NCBI GenBank assembly: GCA_021813435.1
Contig: JAKAKR010000012.1
Span: forward strand, 9,982 to 73,981
Direction: 5' to 3'
From: Nanobdellota archaeon
Lineage (GTDB): Archaea; Nanobdellota; Nanobdellia; Woesearchaeales; UBA9642
DNA: 64,000 nt
A program made the position numbers and the translations under genes. Below are positions 58,521-64,000 of the stretch, one piece after another (within the stretch, counting starts at the first letter, position 1; each line of letters starts with the position of its first letter). The notes below the pieces were generated by a model, which was not told where the DNA came from, made no database searches, and was given only the letters and a program-made list of their open reading frames with translations.

Positions 58521-59027
58521 ATGGGTATTGAATTATACGCAAAGGAGGTCTCAGGCAAAAACGGGATCCCTTTTATTGCATACAAGATACAGACCATGTA
58601 CGATCATGCAGACGAAAAACTCGAGGAGATCGTTGCCGCTCATGGAATCAACGGATTCGGAAAACCTGCGCATGATCCGCGCATCATTCCCTCACGCGCA
58701 TGGATGCGCAAATACTTTATTGATGAATTGCCGCAGATATACAATGTCCTCAAAGGGGAAATGAGTATTGTGGGCATTAGGCCAAAAAGTGTAGCATACT
58801 GGGCGCTTGAACCTCAAGAATTACAGAAAGAAGCATTGTGTTACCGGCCGGGATTGTTTGGCGTAACATACGCACTTGGCGATCTCCAGAATAAAACACG
58901 CAAAGATATTATCGAATTCCAAAAACAGTATCTCACAGAGAAAAAGCAACACCCATTCAGAACCGATATAAAATATTTCTTCAGGATCATGTATAACATC
59001 CTATGCAAAAAAAGCCGCAGCTGTTGA
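58521..59027 (+). pseudogene. PglC/WbaP-type polyprenyl-phosphate sugar phosphotransferase catalytic domain. The N-terminal membrane re-entrant helix is missing, so it is possibly truncated or a pseudogene.
   Basis: Hallmark YFIDELPQIYNVLKGEMSIVGIRP and a YKIQTM (KFRTM-like) motif are present. The in-frame upstream region hits a stop at 58470, so no N-terminal TM helix can be encoded. Confidence 0.5.
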
Positions 59028-59096
59028 CGCGATTGTTAACGGTAAGAATACACACCGACCTATTCAGATTCTGGATTAATGAACATTAGTGAAGAA

Positions 59097-59825
59097 TCAT
59101 TTTTCTGCGGCATCCCAGAGTATCTTCCAGTACTTGTCGTAGGAATCTGCAGCTTCCTTGTTATGGATCATGATCCCGATAGGCTCGTCGGTCCAGATGA
59201 TGATTCCGACCCGATCGTTTCTGATGATTGTTTCGGTGAGCGGTTCGAATCCGGCTTTATGATACCGCACTTCTATACGTTCATGATTATATTTTTTTGC
59301 AGCATCCCATTTTTTCAATGAGTTGTTAAAGACTAATTTTGCAGATATTCCTTTCTGCGCCCGCCGTTTATGGTATGCCACCCACCATGCGTCGGAGATC
59401 ATGAGTGATTTTATTGATGATCCAAAGGTGTGGTGCTCTGTTCCTCCTGCATCGAGTAATTCCAGGAGCATCTCCTTGACTCCGCGTATGCCGTGGAAGA
59501 GCACTGTCGAAGGCTTGTGTTTGGCAAGCGACTGTTTGAGCAGCAGTTCAGGGAGGAGTGATTCAAACCGTTCTTTTTTTTCATTGATGTAGGATACGAT
59601 ATTCTGTGGGTTTGATGCCTGGTAATGTGTCCGCTTCCCTTCTTTCACGAGGGACAGCAATCCTTTATCCAAGAGTTTCTGGAATGTGTTGTAGACCACA
59701 GAGCTTTGCAGGCCGGATTTTTCGATGATAGGCCCCGCGGTGCTGCTTCCTAATTCTAATAACGCAAGATAGACCCGTATCTCGGCATTCGTAAGTCCGA
59801 TATCCTCGAGTATTGAGGGATCCAT
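59097..59825 (-). CDS. TrmB-family transcriptional regulator.
   Basis: N-terminal wHTH LTNAEIRVYLALLELGSSTAGPIIEKSGLQSSVVYNTFQKLLDKGLL. Length is 242 aa. Confidence 0.6.
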   Translation of the reverse strand: MDPSILEDIGLTNAEIRVYLALLELGSSTAGPIIEKSGLQSSVVYNTFQKLLDKGLLSLVKEGKRTHYQASNPQNIVSYINEKKERFESLLPELLLKQSLAKHKPSTVLFHGIRGVKEMLLELLDAGGTEHHTFGSSIKSLMISDAWWVAYHKRRAQKGISAKLVFNNSLKKWDAAKKYNHERIEVRYHKAGFEPLTETIIRNDRVGIIIWTDEPIGIMIHNKEAADSYDKYWKILWDAAEK

Positions 59826-59954
59826 ACTTTATTTGTGCTCATGCAATATATAAAACTTTCTTTTTTCCTCCAATAATGGAGAGCAAATATTTAAATAGAA
59901 GTATCACTATAAAGTAGTTATAAGAACAAAAGGTTGAGTTGCAAAGAGGAAACC

Positions 59955-60653
59955 ATGAACCGCAAACATGAACAAGATCGATTCGCAGGAGAAGAATACG
60001 AGTTATTCAAACTTGCGTGTCCACACTATGACGAATTCCAGACAATGATTGCGCAGCAAATAACAGAGCGATTTCAAAACAAGAATATAAAGATCGTAGA
60101 AATCGGCTGCGCTGAAGGATACACCACACGGAAAATACTCGAAATGAATCCGAAGAGTACGGTGTATGCGATAGATAATGATAAGGCAAGGACAGCATTA
60201 GCAAGACAGATGCTGCGTAGGTATCATGGGAGGGTACACGTGGAACAGATCGATGCGCTTGAAGGTATCAAAGCGCTGACATCAGGGTCAATAGATGCAT
60301 TCGCAACAGGATTCACTATACACAATTTTCCGGAAACATATCGAAGACAGATCCTTTCCGAATCATATCGCATATTAACACCGGGAGGGATATTTGTGAA
60401 CGGGGATAAATATGCCCGCGCAGACAGTGCTGAACATCAAGCGGATTTAGAATGGCAGATGGAACAATTCAATATATTTGAACAGATCAATAGGCCGGAC
60501 CTTAAAGAGCTTTGGACGGCACATAATCTTGAAGATGATAACATAGCGATGAAAGAAGACGAATCAAAAGAAACCATGAGGATTATCGGTTTCAAAAACA
60601 TACGAACAGTCTACAGAAACCACATGGAAGCAGTGATTACCGCAGAAAAATAA
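59955..60653 (+). CDS. Class I SAM-dependent methyltransferase.
   Basis: Motif I IVEIGCAEGYTT and post-II LTPGGIFV. Confidence 0.55.
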   Translation: MNRKHEQDRFAGEEYELFKLACPHYDEFQTMIAQQITERFQNKNIKIVEIGCAEGYTTRKILEMNPKSTVYAIDNDKARTALARQMLRRYHGRVHVEQIDALEGIKALTSGSIDAFATGFTIHNFPETYRRQILSESYRILTPGGIFVNGDKYARADSAEHQADLEWQMEQFNIFEQINRPDLKELWTAHNLEDDNIAMKEDESKETMRIIGFKNIRTVYRNHMEAVITAEK

Positions 60654-60670
60654 AACAAGAGGTGAAACAT

Positions 60671-61321
60671 ATGAAGACCTTACAACGACTAACACAAATT
60701 GCACTACTCTGGGCAGGACTCGGAGCATTGTACGGTAGCAATATCAACGCGCAGGATATCAATGCTGAAGTCATCAAATCATTAAAACCCGCAAGTTCCT
60801 ACGGGCGATTGAATGCAGACTATCAACTACCCACAGGCATCAAAGGGTACACATTTGCAGAATTTTATAGTGACGGAAACAGTTATTTTTCAAAGACCAC
60901 GTTCACCAAACCGGTAATCGGAAATGTGAGTGCTATGGGCCAGATGGTCAACGGGACAGGATTCGAGGACCATGCAGGACTTGGAGTGAGTGTCGTCATC
61001 CCCACGCCAGACCATACATTCGCCAAAGCATATATTGTCCCACGATACCTGTCAAGTGCCGGAAGTCCTATCGATAACAAATGTGTCGCAGGATACTATG
61101 CAGAGGCAAATCTCCCCCTTGACATGAAGATATCAAGTTTTGGAGAAGTAAATCTCAATGGGAAAAACGGTGCAGAATGGATGTACGGGGAATTAAACCT
61201 TGAAAAGAAATTGACAGACAAGGTCTCAGTGTCCTATAACCCTGCATTACAGAACAAGGGACCAGGAGACATTACACCCGCAATAGAACACCGATTCACA
61301 CTCAAGTATGAATTCAAATAA
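60671..61321 (+). CDS. Secreted beta-rich hypothetical protein (signal peptide, C-terminus ...FTLKYEFK).
   Basis: N-terminal signal LTQIALLWAGLGALYG. It has alternating polar/hydrophobic strands. Confidence 0.4.
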   Translation: MKTLQRLTQIALLWAGLGALYGSNINAQDINAEVIKSLKPASSYGRLNADYQLPTGIKGYTFAEFYSDGNSYFSKTTFTKPVIGNVSAMGQMVNGTGFEDHAGLGVSVVIPTPDHTFAKAYIVPRYLSSAGSPIDNKCVAGYYAEANLPLDMKISSFGEVNLNGKNGAEWMYGELNLEKKLTDKVSVSYNPALQNKGPGDITPAIEHRFTLKYEFK

Positions 61322-61324
61322 TCT

Positions 61325-61352
61325 TATTTTTTGTTTTTTTTCTTTTCTTCTT
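61325..61352 (+). terminator. Pyrimidine-rich T-tract typical of archaeal intrinsic termination.
   Basis: The sequence ttttttgttttttttcttttcttctttc lies immediately after the stop at 61321. Confidence 0.4.
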
Positions 61353-61576
61353 TCTGCAGGGATACAGCCATATTCCCGACCACTCTCAAAATTTTTATTT
61401 GCGCCTTAAGATGAGCACCTTCTCATTTTGACATCCAGAAAATTTCACAGGATTGCAAGTGGTGAAATTTTCCATAGGAGTGGACAGGTAAATGCGAATG
61501 GCGCAAAAATGAAGAAATTTGGAAAGAAGTCTTACATTTTCTATAACTTTTTAAAACAATTCTCTTTCTTTAGTGC

Positions 61577-62365
61577 ATGATGTTTATTGACGTGCATGCA
61601 CATCTGGATCTGAAAGAATACGATGCTGACAGAGACGAGACTATCGCAGCGTGCGCAAAAGACGATGTCAAGATCATTCTCAACAATGGCGTGCATGATA
61701 AGAGCAATCGCATGGTCCTTGCACTTGCAGAAAAACACGCCAATTGCCGTGCATCCCTCGGGATTTATCCGGTCCATATTGTGGAATGGGTCGAAGCGCA
61801 AGAGATAGCGCGGCTTGAAAACGAGTTTACATTCATCGAAGAACAGTTGAACGCAGGAAAAGCGATTGCAATCGGCGAAGTGGGTCTTGAATACAAGGAA
61901 ATCGAAATGACTGACGCGCGCAAAAAGATCATGAAGGATGCATTGCTGCGATTCATCGCATTATCAAAGAAATATCATGTCCCCCTGCTGCTGCATTCGC
62001 GCGGCGCAGAACTCGAACTCATCGAACTCCTTGAGAAAGAAGGGATGAAAGGCAACAGTAAAGTCATAATGCATTGTTTCTGCGGTCGAAAACATCTCGT
62101 CAAAAGGATACGCGACAATGGATGGACATTCTCGATCCCAGCGCTGGTCCTCAAGACCCAGCAATTTCAGGAAATCGCGCGTGACACCCCGATGAACCAG
62201 CTCCTCACTGAGACTGATTCGCCCCATCTTGCGCCAAAACTGGGCGAGCGCAATGACCCGCGGACCATCAAACTGATCACTGCAAAGATTGCAGAGATCA
62301 AGGGATTGACTATCGAGGAAACCGCAAATATTATGTATCAAAATTATCAGCGAACATTCGGATAG
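61577..62365 (+). CDS. tatD: TatD-family metal-dependent hydrolase/DNase.
   Basis: MMFIDVHAHLD...GEVGLEY...H.F. Length is 262 aa. Confidence 0.75.
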   Translation: MMFIDVHAHLDLKEYDADRDETIAACAKDDVKIILNNGVHDKSNRMVLALAEKHANCRASLGIYPVHIVEWVEAQEIARLENEFTFIEEQLNAGKAIAIGEVGLEYKEIEMTDARKKIMKDALLRFIALSKKYHVPLLLHSRGAELELIELLEKEGMKGNSKVIMHCFCGRKHLVKRIRDNGWTFSIPALVLKTQQFQEIARDTPMNQLLTETDSPHLAPKLGERNDPRTIKLITAKIAEIKGLTIEETANIMYQNYQRTFG

Positions 62366-62367
62366 AC

Positions 62368-62628
62368 ATGATTGAAAGTACTGATTTTGAAGTATTAGAA
62401 AAGCGCATAGCACAATTAGATGCAGAATTCGAAAAGTATTGTTATGATCGCGAATTTGTGTATCTTACAAGAATAGAATGCGAAAGAGAAATCGATATGT
62501 ATGTAACTAAACATCCAGAATATGCAGATGCAACAAAGAACATCACTGCACGCCAACAAGTGGTGCGAATGCTTAATCAAAAAAAGGTGTATAGATTACT
62601 TTATATTTCAGATGATCAAAAAAACTAA
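62368..62628 (+). CDS. Hypothetical small protein.
   Basis: An 86 aa ORF that abuts tatD. Confidence 0.3.
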   Translation: MIESTDFEVLEKRIAQLDAEFEKYCYDREFVYLTRIECEREIDMYVTKHPEYADATKNITARQQVVRMLNQKKVYRLLYISDDQKN

Positions 62629-63772
62629 CTATTATTCTTGGACGTTGAATAATCTGCCTGACGGATGTAAACAGTGCGTCAAGGGCGAAAAACTCGTCAT
62701 GTTCGTGACTGGCATCTGCCCGCGACAATGCTCCTATTGCCCGCTTTCAGAGCAGAAAAAAGACCAAGATGTGATTTTTGCAAATGAGCGGCAGCTTGCA
62801 AGCGAGAAAGAGATTGCGGCAATGGTTGCAGAGGCAAGGACGTGCAGATCCAAAGGCGCAGGATTCACTGGCGGCGATCCGCTCACAAAAATTGATCGGA
62901 CATGCAGGTACATTCGGATACTCAAAAAAGAATTTGGCAAGAAATTTCACATCCATCTCTACACGAGCATGGATTTACTCAGTGAAAAGAATTTACAAAA
63001 ATTAAATGATGCAGGACTTGACGAACTACGGTTTCATCCGGAATTGTTTACGGACAGATTATGGTCAAAAAAATCATTATTTTATGACGATAAGGGAAAA
63101 CGAAAATACCGGTTCAAGATCGGGATTGAAATCCCTGTACTCCCGAAAAAATTTGAAGTAACAAAAAGGGTCGTAGATTATTTTGCGTCAAGTGTAGATT
63201 TCATTAATTTGAACGAACTTGAAATATCCGATGCCGAGGCGTTTAAAATCAAGCATGTGAAAACCAAGAACGCTCAATATTACGGGGCATTAGGCTCAGA
63301 AGAGACTGCACTGCAGATCTTGGAATATCTCAGCAAGAGTTATTCAAAACTTAATGTGCATTATTGTACTTGTAAATTAAAAGATAAGGTGCAGCTTGGA
63401 GAAAGGCTCAAGCGACGCGCAAAAAACACTGCAGAATCCTTCGATCTCATCACTGACGACGGGACAATCCTGCGCGGAGCGATTTATCTCCCGCAGACAA
63501 GACCAGGATTCGGTTACAAGAAGAGACTTGCAGAAACAAAAGATAAAGAGAAAATCATCAAAAGATTGGTAACAGCGCAAAACAAAATCATCAAAGAATT
63601 CGCTATCCCTAAAGAATACATGGGCATTGATACGCAAAAACTGCGGCTCATCACCAACATCGGGATTGTGCGCGAATTGTCCGGCGCATTAAAGCAGCGC
63701 GGACTGGTCCCTGCCATCGTCGAACAATACCCGACCTATGACCAGATGGAAGTCGATGTGGAGTTTTTGTAA
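62612..63772 (+). CDS. Radical SAM protein (PflA/NrdG-like activase family).
   Basis: CPRQCSYC cluster and the GFTGGDPL glycine-rich motif. The start was reset to the ATG at 62612 (MIKKTNYYSW). Confidence 0.6.
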   Translation: MIKKTNYYSWTLNNLPDGCKQCVKGEKLVMFVTGICPRQCSYCPLSEQKKDQDVIFANERQLASEKEIAAMVAEARTCRSKGAGFTGGDPLTKIDRTCRYIRILKKEFGKKFHIHLYTSMDLLSEKNLQKLNDAGLDELRFHPELFTDRLWSKKSLFYDDKGKRKYRFKIGIEIPVLPKKFEVTKRVVDYFASSVDFINLNELEISDAEAFKIKHVKTKNAQYYGALGSEETALQILEYLSKSYSKLNVHYCTCKLKDKVQLGERLKRRAKNTAESFDLITDDGTILRGAIYLPQTRPGFGYKKRLAETKDKEKIIKRLVTAQNKIIKEFAIPKEYMGIDTQKLRLITNIGIVRELSGALKQRGLVPAIVEQYPTYDQMEVDVEFL

Positions 63773-63820
63773 AGGATAGAAACACATTTAAATCAGATAA
63801 GGGTTCTCAAGAGATATCAC

Positions 63821-63892
63821 GGCCTCGTGGTCTAACGGTATGATGTCGCTCTCACTCAGCGAAGGTACGGAGTTCGACTCTCCGCGGGGCCA
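63821..63892 (+). tRNA. tRNA-Val (anticodon CAC).
   Basis: Acceptor GGCCTCG/CGGGGCC, anticodon stem TCGCT/AGCGA with loop CTCACTC, T-loop GTTCGACTC. A TTTAAAT element lies ~30 nt upstream. Confidence 0.7.
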
Positions 63893-64000
63893 TTTTTAAT
63901 TCTTCACCACTCTAAAATTATATATCATCTTTTTATATTCTGGATCGTTGTGAGGACCATGCCTAACGGTGACAAGGAATATATTGCATATTTTAGCATG

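Noticed and set aside
62522-62611. Longer start for the radical SAM gene.
   Set aside because: It would overlap the preceding 86-aa ORF by ~100 nt. The conserved domain begins after the ATG at 62612.

Overview
The window reads as an archaeal chromosome segment of moderate GC content with AT-rich accessory islands. All product assignments are by eye from motifs; no searches were run. Clear archaeal markers are a proteasome alpha subunit, the exosome superoperon (Pop5, PsmA, SBDS, Rrp4, Rrp41, Rrp42, then Rpo6/RpoK), aIF-1A, membrane-bound LonB, AMP phosphorylase, a UbiA-family prenyltransferase, SecD/SecF, and two tRNA-Val genes. Positions 1-17.4 kb are a minus-strand surface-glycan biosynthesis cluster of 13 genes. 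It lies next to a large Thr/Asn-rich secreted protein that is dense in N-glycosylation sequons. The first ~11 kb of the cluster have a much lower GC than the rest. Positions 42.5-50.7 kb are a second low-GC island bounded by tRNA-Val(GAC). Reading towards the tRNA it carries a DUF4411-like gene, an HTH-ImmA/IrrE metallopeptidase gene, a small coiled-coil membrane protein, an MmeI-like Type IIG/IIL restriction-modification enzyme, an unlisted ribbon-helix-helix ORF, an IS6-family transposase, a degenerate repeat tract and an APH-like kinase. Other notable items are a bona fide LspA (signal peptidase II) homolog next to SppA and an RDD protein. There is also an amino-acid permease fused to a SAM methyltransferase, two tandem pilin-like proteins followed by a coupled GTPase/small-protein/Zn-ribbon operon, and an N-terminally truncated PglC-type sugar phosphotransferase.
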